Positions 39,658 through 50,242 of a DNA stretch of 64,000 nt are shown here, piece by piece. The number at the start of each line of letters is the position of its first letter. Positions within the stretch are counted from its first letter, which is position 1. The DNA comes from an uncultured Bacilli bacterium (GTDB taxonomy: Bacteria > Bacillota_I > Bacilli_A > RF39 > UBA660), in contig CAKPJX010000002.1 of assembly GCA_934163035.1 (NCBI GenBank), forward strand, positions 13,977 through 77,976. Direction: 5' to 3'. The notes beneath the pieces were generated by a model. The model did not search any database and had not been told where the DNA came from. It saw only the letters and a list, made by a program, of their open reading frames with translations. A program made the translations under genes and the position numbers.

Positions 39658-41214
39658 TTATTTTGCCTCTTCCTGGGCACGAGTCTCACGAATAACTGTG
39701 ATTTTAATCGTACCTGGATATTTCATATTAGCTTCAATTTTCTCTTTTACTTCCCTTGCTATTTTATGAGCTTCTAAATCATCAACTTCTTCAGGTTTAA
39801 CAATAACACGTAGTTCTCTACCAGCTTGTACAGCAAATGTTTTTTCAACACCACTAATATTATTTCCAACTTCCTCAAGTTGTGTTAATCTCTTAATATA
39901 ATTTTCTAATGAATCATTTCTAGCACCAGGTCTAGAAGCAGACAAAGCATCAGCAATAGCTACAATAGTAGATATTACACTAGTAGCATTAGTATCACCG
40001 TGATGTGATGCTATAGCATTAACAACAATATCATTTTCATTATATTTTTTAGCTAAATCAGCACCAATATCAACATGGCTTCCTTCGATTTCATGATCAA
40101 TTGCTTTACCTATATCATGTAGTAATCCAGCTCTTTTAGCTAAAGTAACATTTTCACCAAGTTCAGCAGCTAATAAGCCGGATAGTTGAGCAACTTCTAT
40201 TGAATGTTGCAAAGCATTTTGACCATAACTTGTCCTAAAATGAAGCTTACCAATTGTTTCAATAAGTGCTGGATCAAACTTAGTAAGTCCTAATTCAAAT
40301 GTTGCTTCCTGACCATACTCAATGATTTTTTTGTGCATGTCCTTACATACTTTATCATACAACTCTTCAATTCTAGTAGGATGAATTCTACCATCCTTAA
40401 TCAAAGTCTCTAAAGTAACTCTAGCTATCTCCCTTCTTAAAGGATCAAAACTAGATAATACTACAGCTTCAGGTGTATCATCAATAATTAAATCAACACC
40501 AGTTATAGCCTCAATAGTACGAATATTTCTACCCTCGCGACCAATGATTCTTCCTTTCATTTCATCAGTCGGTAAATCAACAACAGTAACAGTTTGATCA
40601 CTTGCTATATCAGAAGCATAACGTTGCATAGAACTAACAATAAGTTCACGAGCTGTTTTATCAGCAGAAAGTTTAGCCTCATTTTCCATTTCTTTAATGT
40701 ACTCAGCTATTTCTTTACTCATATTTTCTCGTACCGTACTCATTATTAAATCCTTAGCTTTTTCCTTGCTAAAGCCAGAAATTTTTTCTAACAGTTCCAA
40801 CTGTTCTCTTTTAATTTCTTCCACTTTACTCTTATCATTCTGGATTTCCATTTGACGTTCAGAAAGCTTATCCTCACGTTCATCTAAAGATGCTTCCCTT
40901 TTTTGATAAAGTTCATCACGCTTGTCTATACTGGCTTCACGTTGAAGTAAACGCTTCTCAGATTCTTTTAGTTCATCCTTTTTTTCGCGAATCTCCCTAT
41001 CTAAGTCCATTTTAATTTTATGCGCCTCTTCTTTTTGTTCAATTGCAGCATCTCTTTTTAGCTTTTCAACTTCTTTTTTAGCCTGAGAAATCATATCATC
41101 AGCTTTTTTAGAAGCTCTATTAACTCTTAAATTATTTATAACTAACGTTAAAACAAAACCAACCAATAATCCAACAGCTACAAGTAAAATGGAGAATAAA
41201 ATATTACTATCCAT
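39658..41214 (-). CDS. rny: ribonuclease Y
   Basis: N-terminal transmembrane segment, coiled coil, KH domain ([21 protein letters not shown]) and HD domain (LLHDIGK). Confidence 0.9.
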   Translation of the reverse strand: MDSNILFSILLVAVGLLVGFVLTLVINNLRVNRASKKADDMISQAKKEVEKLKRDAAIEQKEEAHKIKMDLDREIREKKDELKESEKRLLQREASIDKRDELYQKREASLDEREDKLSERQMEIQNDKSKVEEIKREQLELLEKISGFSKEKAKDLIMSTVRENMSKEIAEYIKEMENEAKLSADKTARELIVSSMQRYASDIASDQTVTVVDLPTDEMKGRIIGREGRNIRTIEAITGVDLIIDDTPEAVVLSSFDPLRREIARVTLETLIKDGRIHPTRIEELYDKVCKDMHKKIIEYGQEATFELGLTKFDPALIETIGKLHFRTSYGQNALQHSIEVAQLSGLLAAELGENVTLAKRAGLLHDIGKAIDHEIEGSHVDIGADLAKKYNENDIVVNAIASHHGDTNATSVISTIVAIADALSASRPGARNDSLENYIKRLTQLEEVGNNISGVEKTFAVQAGRELRVIVKPEEVDDLEAHKIAREVKEKIEANMKYPGTIKITVIRETRAQEEAK

Positions 41215-41254
41215 ATTTCCTCCATCTAGATTAAGCTAAGCATAATCTAATTAT

Positions 41255-41283
41255 ATTGTAGATTTATTTTAAGACCTTGTCAA
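41255..41283 (-). promoter_or_regulatory. sigma-A promoter of rny
   Basis: Minus strand: TTGACA - 17 bp - TACAAT (plus 41278-41283 and 41255-41260), about 35 nt upstream of the rny ATG. Confidence 0.5.
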
Positions 41284-41309
41284 GAAAAAGAAAAAAAGCA
41301 AAATTGCTT

Positions 41310-42707
41310 TTATTCAAAATAACTCTTAATAACATCATAATCACAATAAGGTAATTTTTTATCTTCAATGGCCATATAATTATCTCTTCCTTTACCAAGT
41401 ATCAAAACAACATCACCAGACTTAGCCATATCAAAAGACCTATATATCGCACTTTTTCTATCAACTATGGTTTCATAATTAGTAGACTTATTTTCACCGA
41501 TCATTTGAGAAACTATATCTTCTACCTTCTCATAACGTGGATCATCCATAGTAAAAATAACATAATCAGCTCTAGATAATATCAAGGTCCCAATTTTAGA
41601 ACGTTTTTCTTTTTCTCTACCACCTGCTGCACCAGTAACTAAAATAACCCTATGAACATTATTAAAACAATCCAATACACTCTTAATACCATTATAAGTA
41701 TGAGCATAATCAAGGATTATAGTATAATCTTGCCCAAAATTTAATTTTTCCATTCTACCATCAATAGGCTTGAAATGTTTAATTCTATCAAGCAAAACAT
41801 CTTCTGCTATATTCTTGATAAGACCAACAATTAAAACCAACGCAGCATTATATATATTAAATTTACCAATCAGTGGACTTTCCACTGTATAAGTAAACTC
41901 TTTACAATCAAGATCAAACTTTACAAAATTAGACATATATTGTACATTTCTTATTACATAATAGTTGTCACTAGAAAAACCATACGTTCTTTTTCTAGAA
42001 TCAGTAATTGCTTTACAGTTATCATCATCACCATTAACTAATATAATACCATCTTCTTTAACTAAATCACATAATTTAAGTTTTGAATTTATATAGTTTT
42101 CAATGGTTTTATGAATATTAAGATGATCCTCAGTAATATTTGTGTAAATCGCAATATCATACTTTATAGAGTTAACTCTCCCATGTAAAAGAGCTTCACT
42201 TGACGCTTCCATTACAATATCTTTACAGTTACTCTTTTTAATTATAGAAAACAAAGAATAGAGTTCACAAACACATGGAGTGGTATTGCTAGTAGAATAT
42301 TTTTTCCCAGCAACACTCATACCATTTGTGCCAATATAAGCTATTGGTCTAGAATCATCCAAAAGTTGCTTTATCAAAGATGCAACTGTAGTTTTCCCAT
42401 CAGTTCCAGTTATTCCAATAAAATTAAATTCACTTGTTTTTACATCATAGAAATTTTCACAAGCATCTATTAATGCTTGATTAATATCAGAAACAACGAT
42501 GGTAGGAACTGAAAAATGAGCTTCTCTATCACAAACAATCGCAACCGCCCCTTTAGAAATAGCATCAGCAGCAAAATCAAAATGATCAACATTAAACCCC
42601 TTAGTCGTAACAAACAAGTAACCAGGTTTAACATTTCTAGAATCTTCACTTATACCAGTTATATCAACATCAACATCACAATCTAAAATTTTGTTTAATT
42701 TCATCAT
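41310..42707 (-). CDS. murE: Mur ligase family protein, MurE-like (UDP-MurNAc-tripeptide synthetase)
   Basis: P-loop GITGTDGKTTVASLI, Mur ligase middle and C-terminal domains. The specificity region is FTMDDPRYE (DDPR rather than DNPR). A minus-strand terminator follows the stop. Confidence 0.65.
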   Translation of the reverse strand: MMKLNKILDCDVDVDITGISEDSRNVKPGYLFVTTKGFNVDHFDFAADAISKGAVAIVCDREAHFSVPTIVVSDINQALIDACENFYDVKTSEFNFIGITGTDGKTTVASLIKQLLDDSRPIAYIGTNGMSVAGKKYSTSNTTPCVCELYSLFSIIKKSNCKDIVMEASSEALLHGRVNSIKYDIAIYTNITEDHLNIHKTIENYINSKLKLCDLVKEDGIILVNGDDDNCKAITDSRKRTYGFSSDNYYVIRNVQYMSNFVKFDLDCKEFTYTVESPLIGKFNIYNAALVLIVGLIKNIAEDVLLDRIKHFKPIDGRMEKLNFGQDYTIILDYAHTYNGIKSVLDCFNNVHRVILVTGAAGGREKEKRSKIGTLILSRADYVIFTMDDPRYEKVEDIVSQMIGENKSTNYETIVDRKSAIYRSFDMAKSGDVVLILGKGRDNYMAIEDKKLPYCDYDVIKSYFE

Positions 42708-42751
42708 TTACCTCCCTAGAAGATTATATATTAAATAGTAAAATTAAATTC

Positions 42752-43786
42752 TTAATTAGTCTTCTTTTTAATATCACTTTCTAAATTTATATCATAATAC
42801 TCCCTAACTTTTTTCTCTATTTCATCTCTTAATTCAGTATGGTCTTTAAGAAGTAATTTAACATTTTCTTTTCCTTGACCAAGTTTTTCACCCTGATATG
42901 AATACCAAGCACCTGTTTTTTCAACAATTCCAGCTTCCGCCGCTAAATCAATAATTTCGCCTTCCTTAGAAACACCTTCACCATACATAATATCAACAAC
43001 AGCTGTTTTAAATGGAGGGGCAACTTTGTTTTTAACAACTTTAATAGTTGTTTTATTTCCTACAACTCCATCACCCATTTTTAACTGTTCATTACGTCTA
43101 ATATCTAAACGAATAGATGAATAAAACTTAAGTGCTCTACCTCCTGGTGTTGTTTCCGGATTTCCAAACATAACTCCAACTTTTTCACGTAATTGATTTA
43201 TAAAAATACAAGTTGTTTTTGTTTTACTAATAGTACCAGAAAGCTTACGCAATGCCTGAGACATAAGTCTTGCCTGTAAACCAACATGAGAATCTCCCAT
43301 TTCACCATCAATCTCTGCTTGTGGTACAAGTGCTGCAACTGAGTCAATAACTATTATACTTATAGCTTCACTATGAACTAAAGCATCACAAATTTCTAAA
43401 GCCTGCTCACCTGTATCAGGTTGAGATAATAATAATTCATCTATATCAACACCTAACTTTTTAGCATAAACAGGATCTAAAGCATGCTCAGCATCTATAA
43501 AAGCAGCTCTTCCTCCAGCCTTCTGCTGTGCTGCTATTGCTTGTAAGGCAAAAGTAGTTTTACCACTAGATTCTGGTCCATATATTTCAATAATTCTACC
43601 TCTAGGATATCCACCAACACCCAAGGCAATATCAAGAGATAAACATCCACTAGAGCAAACATCAACCTTCATATGCTTGCTATCACCAAGTTTCATAATA
43701 GAGCCCTTACCAAATTGTTTTTCAATATCATTTAATACTTGTTCTAAAGCTTTATCTTTAGAATTTTCCTTATTTACCGATTTCAT
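42752..43786 (-). CDS. recA: recombinase RecA
   Basis: GPESSGKTT Walker A, L1/L2 loops and the full conserved RecA core; 344 aa. Confidence 0.97.
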   Translation of the reverse strand: MKSVNKENSKDKALEQVLNDIEKQFGKGSIMKLGDSKHMKVDVCSSGCLSLDIALGVGGYPRGRIIEIYGPESSGKTTFALQAIAAQQKAGGRAAFIDAEHALDPVYAKKLGVDIDELLLSQPDTGEQALEICDALVHSEAISIIVIDSVAALVPQAEIDGEMGDSHVGLQARLMSQALRKLSGTISKTKTTCIFINQLREKVGVMFGNPETTPGGRALKFYSSIRLDIRRNEQLKMGDGVVGNKTTIKVVKNKVAPPFKTAVVDIMYGEGVSKEGEIIDLAAEAGIVEKTGAWYSYQGEKLGQGKENVKLLLKDHTELRDEIEKKVREYYDINLESDIKKKTN

Positions 43787-43815
43787 AATTCCTCCTCGTA
43801 ATAACCTACAAACTA

Positions 43816-43867
43816 ATTGTATAATACAAAAAAAGAAAAATCAAGTACTTTTTCGAACAATTGTTTT
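43816..43867 (-). promoter_or_regulatory. recA promoter with an upstream Cheo-box-like (LexA/DinR) palindrome
   Basis: Minus strand: TTGATT - 17 bp - TACAAT (plus 43839-43844 and 43816-43821). Just upstream lies CGAACAATTGTTTT (43854-43867), which resembles the Firmicutes SOS box CGAAC-N4-GTTCG. Confidence 0.4.
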
Positions 43868-43951
43868 AATTAATTAAAAATAATTTTATAGTAAAAAATA
43901 AAAATCCCTATATAGAAAAGAGATTTTTATAATACTACTTTGAACGAATCC

Positions 43952-44554
43952 TTATTTTTCTTCACCAAAAATTATTTTTTTATTTAAGTTAAAATACTGA
44001 ATCAATGACACAATGGACATAATAGATGCAAAATATAACAATATTTCGCTGACTCTAATTCCTATAAATTCAAATGGTAAATTATAAAACAAAGCTAATA
44101 CTACTCCAATCATTAAAGAAGCTGTTTTAATCTTACCAGAACCAATAGCAGCAACAACATAGCCTTTACTTGCCGCTTCCATTTTTATAGCATTGACTAT
44201 AATGTCTCTAAAGACAATAATTACTGGAACAATGGGATTAATAAATCCACTACTCGCAAGTATAATAAGTGTTGTATTAACAAGAGCCTTATCAGCAATT
44301 GCATCTAACATCTTACCAGTATTTGTAATTTGATTATATTTTCTAGCCAAATATCCATCTAAAAAATCTGTAAGACTAGCAATTATAAATATAACTCCAG
44401 CAATAATATATTTAAGGTCTATCTGTGAAGAAATTCCAGAAATATTATAAATAGGAAACTGTATTCCAATCGTATAGAATGGAAATAATAACAAAATAAT
44501 AATCACTAGTGATAATATTAATCTAAAAACAGTAAGTTTATTAGGCAAATTCAT
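43952..44554 (-). CDS. pgsA: CDP-diacylglycerol--glycerol-3-phosphate 3-phosphatidyltransferase
   Basis: CDP-alcohol phosphatidyltransferase motif DFLDGYLARK ... G ... D ... D. The likely start is ATG 44552-44554 (MNLPNKLT), with a GGAGG RBS. The ORF-track start at 44617 is over-extended. Confidence 0.85.
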   Translation of the reverse strand: MNLPNKLTVFRLILSLVIIILLLFPFYTIGIQFPIYNISGISSQIDLKYIIAGVIFIIASLTDFLDGYLARKYNQITNTGKMLDAIADKALVNTTLIILASSGFINPIVPVIIVFRDIIVNAIKMEAASKGYVVAAIGSGKIKTASLMIGVVLALFYNLPFEFIGIRVSEILLYFASIMSIVSLIQYFNLNKKIIFGEEK

Positions 44555-45023
44555 AAATCTTCTCTCCTCCATACAACTCATCACCCCTAGCCGGCGTCGT
44601 TTTACTAGCATTAACAAGTATAAAGCAAATTAAAACAATGACAAATAAAATTAAAAAACCAATTATAAATGGCCAAATATTAACTTTTTCTTTATAAATT
44701 TTTGTATAAGGAGATTGAATCTTTTTCTCCGCACTTTCCATCTTTTTTTGAGCAGCTCTTATATCTTCTAAAGAAATTTTAGATGTATGTTCAAACAAAA
44801 AACCATTAAATTCATCAATAACTTTTTCACAATCAAGGCCTAAATATTTAGCATATTGTCTAACATACTGTTTTAGGCTATATACATCTTTAAAAGCTCT
44901 TACATTACCACTTTCAATATTTTCAAGTTCAGATAAAGAAAGTTCCAAATCCTCAGCAGCTTCGGTCAAACTTACACCATTGCTAATTCTAGTTGATTTT
45001 AAATACTCTCCCAATTCCTTCAC
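44541..45023 (-). CDS. RodZ/YmfM-like XRE-HTH membrane protein (short form)
   Basis: N-terminal HTH (LKSTRISNGVSLTEAAEDLELSLSELENIESG), a basic linker and one transmembrane helix. Its position upstream of pgsA-recA matches B. subtilis ymfM. Confidence 0.5.
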   Translation of the reverse strand: MKELGEYLKSTRISNGVSLTEAAEDLELSLSELENIESGNVRAFKDVYSLKQYVRQYAKYLGLDCEKVIDEFNGFLFEHTSKISLEDIRAAQKKMESAEKKIQSPYTKIYKEKVNIWPFIIGFLILFVIVLICFILVNASKTTPARGDELYGGEKIYEFA

Positions 45024-45045
45024 GATAACACCTCACAATAACAAT

Positions 45046-45392
45046 AAATATAAATAAGCCATGTTCTGTTCCTATATAAATAGGCGACAAACATTTATCT
45101 ACCGGACTAGCCGGTCCCTAAATCAGTTTAATTCCTGCTTTAGGACTCCCCTACCAAAATTTGGGTTTCTCGCTCATGGGGTTTACCTCGTTTCACTTCT
45201 TCGTTTCCAAAGACATCGTCACTGTGGCACTTTATGAACTGAATCATATCACAAGGACTTAGATTCATAATTCGCCGTTAGTAATACTACTCAAGGTTAT
45301 TTATTCCCAAGACATGAACACTACAATCATCTCAGACTGTGCGAGCATGGACTTTCCTCAAGGATCTTTAAGACCCCAGCGTTTGTCTATAT
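45046..45392 (-). ncRNA. rnpB: RNase P RNA, type B (Bacillus type)
   Basis: GC-rich island. Minus strand contains GAGGAAAGTCCATGCTCGCACAG, AAGTGCCACAGTGACGA, GGTAAACCCCATGAGCGAGAAACCCAAATTTTGGTAGGGGA and ACAGAACATGGCTTA. These match conserved P4/P10-12/P15-18 blocks of B. subtilis rnpB nearly base for base. Confidence 0.85.
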
Positions 45393-45393
45393 A

Positions 45394-45741
45394 TTAATTG
45401 TCACTATTATTATCTTTATTTAAGCCACTATATACCATCTTTTCAAGTTGAGATAGCCTTCTCATAATATCAACATTTGTAACTTCCGGAACATCATTAT
45501 TACGTGCTACTTCCATGCTAAGCTTAGAATTTCTAAGTTCCTGCTTTAAAGACATAATTTCTGCTAACAAATCGGCTTTTTCCTTTTCTAAATCATTAAT
45601 TATGTTAAAGAATTGCTCATAGTCACCTATAATAATATCCAAAAATTGATCAACTTCTTTTAAACGATATCCACGAGTATCTATTTTAAACTCTTTTTCT
45701 AAAATATCTTGTGGCATAAGCGTAATCTTATTTTGATACAT
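45394..45741 (-). CDS. gpsB: cell cycle protein GpsB (DivIVA-domain)
   Basis: N-terminal DivIVA domain (ILEKEFKIDTRGYRLKEVDQFLD) and a C-terminal short coiled coil. Its position directly upstream of rnpB matches B. subtilis. Confidence 0.8.
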   Translation of the reverse strand: MYQNKITLMPQDILEKEFKIDTRGYRLKEVDQFLDIIIGDYEQFFNIINDLEKEKADLLAEIMSLKQELRNSKLSMEVARNNDVPEVTNVDIMRRLSQLEKMVYSGLNKDNNSDN

Positions 45742-46087
45742 TATATCACCAATCCCTTACAGTAATATTATGTCATCAATACTAGCATTTGTCAATTATT
45801 AACATCCACATAAAGTCTACTTATTAAGTTTTTCAACAGCTAACGTCACAAGTGTCCTTCTTTTTATATCACAAGTATTAGAAAACATTCTATCCAATAT
45901 TCTAATAATTTCAAAATTATTCAAAGTATCACCTCACACCATATAATAGTATAAAATTAATAATAAATCATAAATTCGACAATACTAGATAAAATTATTA
46001 AAAAGCAAAGATAATAATAATCAAAAATTTAATTCAAAATATAGAAAAAATTAACACAATATAGTATAATAAAAAGCAGGTGATGAA

Positions 46088-46657
46088 ATGAATTATCCTA
46101 CAGGAACTAAAAAGGGGACACAAAAACAAACAATTACATATAACAATAGAGGAATGCTTCTAGAAAGTGAAATAAATATATCTAATGAATATTATAGAGA
46201 AAAAGATAAAGCATATATTTATAAAAAACCAACACCAATAAAAATAACAAAAGTAGATTATCCATCAAGAGAAAAAGCAATAATAAAAGAAGCATTTTTT
46301 ACTGTACCATCAACTACTGATTATAATGGCATTTATAAAGGAAAGTATATAGACTTTGAAGCAAAAGAAACAAAAAGTGATACAGCTTTTGCTTTAGCAA
46401 ACATTCATCCCCATCAAATAGAACATTTAAAAAACATTAATAATCATCAAGGAATTGCTTTTCTAATCATAAGATTTACTAACTTAAATAAAACATATTT
46501 ATTAACTGTAGAAAAACTAATAGATTTTTTAAATAATGAAAAAAGAAAGTCAATACCTATAAAGTATTTTGAAAACAATGCCTATTTGATTAAAGAGGGA
46601 TACATCCCAAGAATTGATTATCTAAATATAGTCGATAAAATTATTGGAGGTAACTAA
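46088..46657 (+). CDS. recU: Holliday junction resolvase RecU
   Basis: RecU/PrfA core (YIDFEAKET ... FLIIRF ...); upstream of, and overlapping, ponA as in Bacillus. Confidence 0.9.
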   Translation: MNYPTGTKKGTQKQTITYNNRGMLLESEINISNEYYREKDKAYIYKKPTPIKITKVDYPSREKAIIKEAFFTVPSTTDYNGIYKGKYIDFEAKETKSDTAFALANIHPHQIEHLKNINNHQGIAFLIIRFTNLNKTYLLTVEKLIDFLNNEKRKSIPIKYFENNAYLIKEGYIPRIDYLNIVDKIIGGN

Positions 46658-49496
46658 TATGGAAAAGAGAAAAATAAAGAAAAGAACGGCAAAAAGTCCA
46701 TCAGGACGAAATAATAATAAAAATGTAAAATCTAAAGTAAATGTAAGTAAAACAGCAAAAGATAATAGCACATTAAAAATGATAATGGCAATAATCTTTA
46801 TAATGCTAATTCTATTCTGCTATTTCGCATTAAATTTAACATTTGCCATAATAGTAGCATTAGGAATCGGAATCATTATAGGAGTTGCAGAGCTACTAAA
46901 AAAATTAGGAAATAAAAGAAAGCTTATAAAAGTATTACTAATAATAATACTTGGCTGTGGAATATTAGGATTATCAGCATTTGCTGGATTCTTAGTTTAC
47001 ATCAAAGTTAAAGCTGATCCAATGTTTGTAAGTTCAAAGCTTGAAACTCCAGAAAATACCACTCTGCTTGATATTGATGGTAAAGAATATGCAAAATTAG
47101 GATCAGAAATGAGAGAAAAAGTCAAATACAATGAATTACCTGAGGTATTAGTTGACGCCATAGTTGCAACAGAAGATTCAAGATTCTTCCAACATAATGG
47201 TTTTGACGCTCCACGTTTTATAAAAGCCGCTATAGGTCAAGCACTTGGAAAATCAGATGCTGGAGGGGCTTCAACACTATCAATGCAAGTTGTTAAAAAT
47301 AGCTTAACAGATGCCAGTGCTACAAAAGGTGCCGAAGGTATAATCCGTAAATTTAAAGATATTTATTTAGCTGTTTTCAAGTTAGAAAAAAAATATACCA
47401 AAGAAGAAATCATTGAATATTATGTAAATAACCACTACTTAGGAGGTAATGTATATGGTGTTCAAGAAGCTGCAGAGGCCTACTTCGGCAAAACAGTAAG
47501 TGAATTAAATTTAAGTGAAGCTGCTATTTTAGCAGGAATGTTTAAGTCCCCAATTGCATATAGACCAACAGATCATGCAGAAAACGCTACAAAAAGAAGA
47601 AATACAGTACTATATTTAATGAGAAAACATGGCTATATAACTGAAGAAGAAGAAAAAATAGCTAAGTCAATATCAGTAGAATCGCTTGTAACAAACAATA
47701 CATCAGCTGTAAATAGTCAATACCAAGGTTATATAGATACCGTAGTAAAAGAAATTGAAAAGAAATATAAAGTAAATGCTTATACTACACCTTTACTTGT
47801 ATATACAAATCTAGATCGTGGAAAACAAGATGCCGTAACTAGAACTATTAATGGAGAAACATTCACATGGATTAATGATAAAATTCAATCTGGTATATCA
47901 GTTCTTGATTCACAAACGGGAAAAATACTTGCCATAGGAAATGGGCGAAATATAGGTAGCCGTTCAGCAAGCGGAATAAAACAATTTAACTATGCCACAG
48001 ATATAAAAAGACAACCAGGATCAACTGCAAAACCATTATTCGATTATGGTCCAGGTATTGAATATAACAACTGGTCTACTTACACATTATTTGATGACTC
48101 ACCTTATACATATTCAAGTGGCCAACAATTAAACAACTGGGATGGTGGCTACTTTGGTACTATAACCTTGAGAAGGGCATTATCAACATCACGTAACGTA
48201 CCGGCACTAAAAGCTTTCCAACAAATTGATAACAAAAAAATAATTGAATTTGTAACAAATTTAGGAATTAAACCTGAAATAGAAAATGGAAAAATTCATG
48301 AAGCTCATGCCATAGGAGCATTTACTGGAACAAATCCGTTACAAATGAGTGCTGCTTATGCTGCATTCTCAAATGGTGGATATTATAATGAACCATACAG
48401 TGTTAGTAAAATAGTTTTCAAATCAACTAACGAAGTCAGAGAACATAAATCTGAAAAGAAACAAGTTATGTCTGAGGCTACAGCCTTCATGATATCAAGT
48501 GTATTACAAGATGTTTCACTATCAGGAGGAGCAAACCTAGAAAATATAGCCCGTAAAACTGGTACTACAAACTATGACGCAAAAACTGCAACTGAAAAAA
48601 ATCTACCATGGGACGCAGTTAGAGATTCGTGGCTAATAGGATATTCAACCAAAACAGTAATAGGATTATGGTATGGATACGATTTTGTTGACAGAGAATA
48701 CTGTCTACATAACATTCCAGCAACAGTTCAAAAAGATAAATTATTTAGAGCCCTAGTAAATGCCGGAGCCATGGAATCAAATAGAGAACCATTCACTCAA
48801 CCAGACAGTGTTGTAAAGGTTGGCGTTGAAATGGGAAGCAACCCAGCTAAAATAGCAAGCCCAGGATCTTCAAATGTAGTTTATGAGTACTTTAAAAAGG
48901 ATTATGCTCCAGAAGAAACATATGTAGAACAAAAAATAGCTAAACCAGATAAACTTAAAGTATCATATGATGAGTCAACAAAGAAAGTAAGTATGAGTTG
49001 GAATGCCGTTACAAAACCAACTATCGATGAAAAAAATCCTGGAACATTTGGCTATAATATATACTTAGATAATACGCTGATAGCCTTTACGGATAAAACA
49101 AGCTATACATTCACGCCGAAATCATCACCGTATGGAACATATAAAGTCATTGCAACATTCAAAGGATATAGTGGCATCCAAAGTGAACCGGCAACATATA
49201 CTCTAAGTAATAATACAGCAGAAAATAACTTTGATATAACAAAATACAAATTAGTATATAATGGTAAAACAACTATTGCAGCAAACTCTACACTAATGAT
49301 AAATATAAATAATTTTGAAGTTAAAAATTCAACAGAAACATTAAATGTCAAATTTAAAAATTGTAGTCTAACCCAGGTTAATACAGCTGGTAAGTATCCA
49401 ATAACATGTACATTTGAATACAATAAAAAAGAATACAGTCTTTCAACAACTATTGAAGTAACAGAAGATACCGAAGGACCTGAAACTACAGAATAA
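46644..49496 (+). CDS. ponA: penicillin-binding protein 1A (bifunctional glycosyltransferase/transpeptidase) with a C-terminal fibronectin-III-like extension
   Basis: Signal anchor, GT51 motifs (EDSRFFQHNGFD, GGASTLSMQ), transpeptidase STAKP (SxxK), SxN and KTG, and a long C-terminal beta-rich extension. Confidence 0.9.
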   Translation: MEVTNMEKRKIKKRTAKSPSGRNNNKNVKSKVNVSKTAKDNSTLKMIMAIIFIMLILFCYFALNLTFAIIVALGIGIIIGVAELLKKLGNKRKLIKVLLIIILGCGILGLSAFAGFLVYIKVKADPMFVSSKLETPENTTLLDIDGKEYAKLGSEMREKVKYNELPEVLVDAIVATEDSRFFQHNGFDAPRFIKAAIGQALGKSDAGGASTLSMQVVKNSLTDASATKGAEGIIRKFKDIYLAVFKLEKKYTKEEIIEYYVNNHYLGGNVYGVQEAAEAYFGKTVSELNLSEAAILAGMFKSPIAYRPTDHAENATKRRNTVLYLMRKHGYITEEEEKIAKSISVESLVTNNTSAVNSQYQGYIDTVVKEIEKKYKVNAYTTPLLVYTNLDRGKQDAVTRTINGETFTWINDKIQSGISVLDSQTGKILAIGNGRNIGSRSASGIKQFNYATDIKRQPGSTAKPLFDYGPGIEYNNWSTYTLFDDSPYTYSSGQQLNNWDGGYFGTITLRRALSTSRNVPALKAFQQIDNKKIIEFVTNLGIKPEIENGKIHEAHAIGAFTGTNPLQMSAAYAAFSNGGYYNEPYSVSKIVFKSTNEVREHKSEKKQVMSEATAFMISSVLQDVSLSGGANLENIARKTGTTNYDAKTATEKNLPWDAVRDSWLIGYSTKTVIGLWYGYDFVDREYCLHNIPATVQKDKLFRALVNAGAMESNREPFTQPDSVVKVGVEMGSNPAKIASPGSSNVVYEYFKKDYAPEETYVEQKIAKPDKLKVSYDESTKKVSMSWNAVTKPTIDEKNPGTFGYNIYLDNTLIAFTDKTSYTFTPKSSPYGTYKVIATFKGYSGIQSEPATYTLSNNTAENNFDITKYKLVYNGKTTIAANSTLMININNFEVKNSTETLNVKFKNCSLTQVNTAGKYPITCTFEYNKKEYSLSTTIEVTEDTEGPETTE

Positions 49497-49500
49497 AAAT

Positions 49501-49538
49501 AAACTCCGTTTCTTAATAACATAGGAAACGGAGTTTTT
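49501..49538. terminator. bidirectional intrinsic terminator between ponA and nth
   Basis: 12-bp GC-containing hairpin AAACTCCGTTTC ... GAAACGGAGTTT followed by a T-run. Confidence 0.7.
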
Positions 49539-49606
49539 ATATTATAAAAAAGATGCCACTCTAAAGGTAACATCTTCCCATTAAAATATTAAACATTTAT
49601 ATATAT

Positions 49607-50242
49607 CTATTTCTTATACATACAGATATCTTTAATTAAACATTTCTCACATAACGGTTTTACAGCCTTACACTTATAGCGACCAAACAATACTAGCTGT
49701 AAATGTCTCCTAGCCCAAGTTTTTTTGGGAAAATAATTCATTAACTTTTTCTCAACAATCAAAACATTATCATTAATATCAGCTAAACCAAGTCTTTTAG
49801 AAACTCTTTCAACATGAGTATCAACAGCAATAGCCGGATAATTATAAAACTCACTTAAAAAAACATTAGCTGTCTTTCTACCAACACCAGTTAACTTTAT
49901 TAATTCATCAAATGACCTAGGAACAACACCATTATACTTATCATCCAATATACCAGCAATTTTCAACACATATAGGCTCTTTTTCCTGTAAGAACCTATT
50001 GGTCTAATAAGTTGCTCTAAATCATTAATAGGAGCCTTTTTAAGCTCCTTTAATGTCTTATATCTACTAAATAAAATAGGAGTTACACTATTAACTCTTT
50101 TATCAGTAGACTGAGCACTAAGCACAATAGCTATCAATAATTCATAATCTTTATTATACAGGAGTTCACATTTAGGATTGGGAAATAATTCATCAAGATA
50201 CTCATCAATTCTCTTATTCATCATCAAACCAATTCCAATCAA
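49607..50242 (-). CDS. nth: endonuclease III
   Basis: HhH-GPD fold (LTGVGRKTANV) and a C-terminal 4Fe-4S Cys cluster (CKAVKPLCEKCLIKDIC). Confidence 0.9.
   Translation of the reverse strand: MIGIGLMMNKRIDEYLDELFPNPKCELLYNKDYELLIAIVLSAQSTDKRVNSVTPILFSRYKTLKELKKAPINDLEQLIRPIGSYRKKSLYVLKIAGILDDKYNGVVPRSFDELIKLTGVGRKTANVFLSEFYNYPAIAVDTHVERVSKRLGLADINDNVLIVEKKLMNYFPKKTWARRHLQLVLFGRYKCKAVKPLCEKCLIKDICMYKK

Noticed and set aside
45817-45924. 35-aa minus-strand ORF with a GAGGTGA RBS and TTG start (MNNFEIIRILDRMFSNTCDIKRRTLVTLAVEKLNK) between gpsB and recU
   Set aside because: It has a plausible RBS and start codon, but there is no recognisable family. Kept out of the feature list, though it is worth a look in comparative data.
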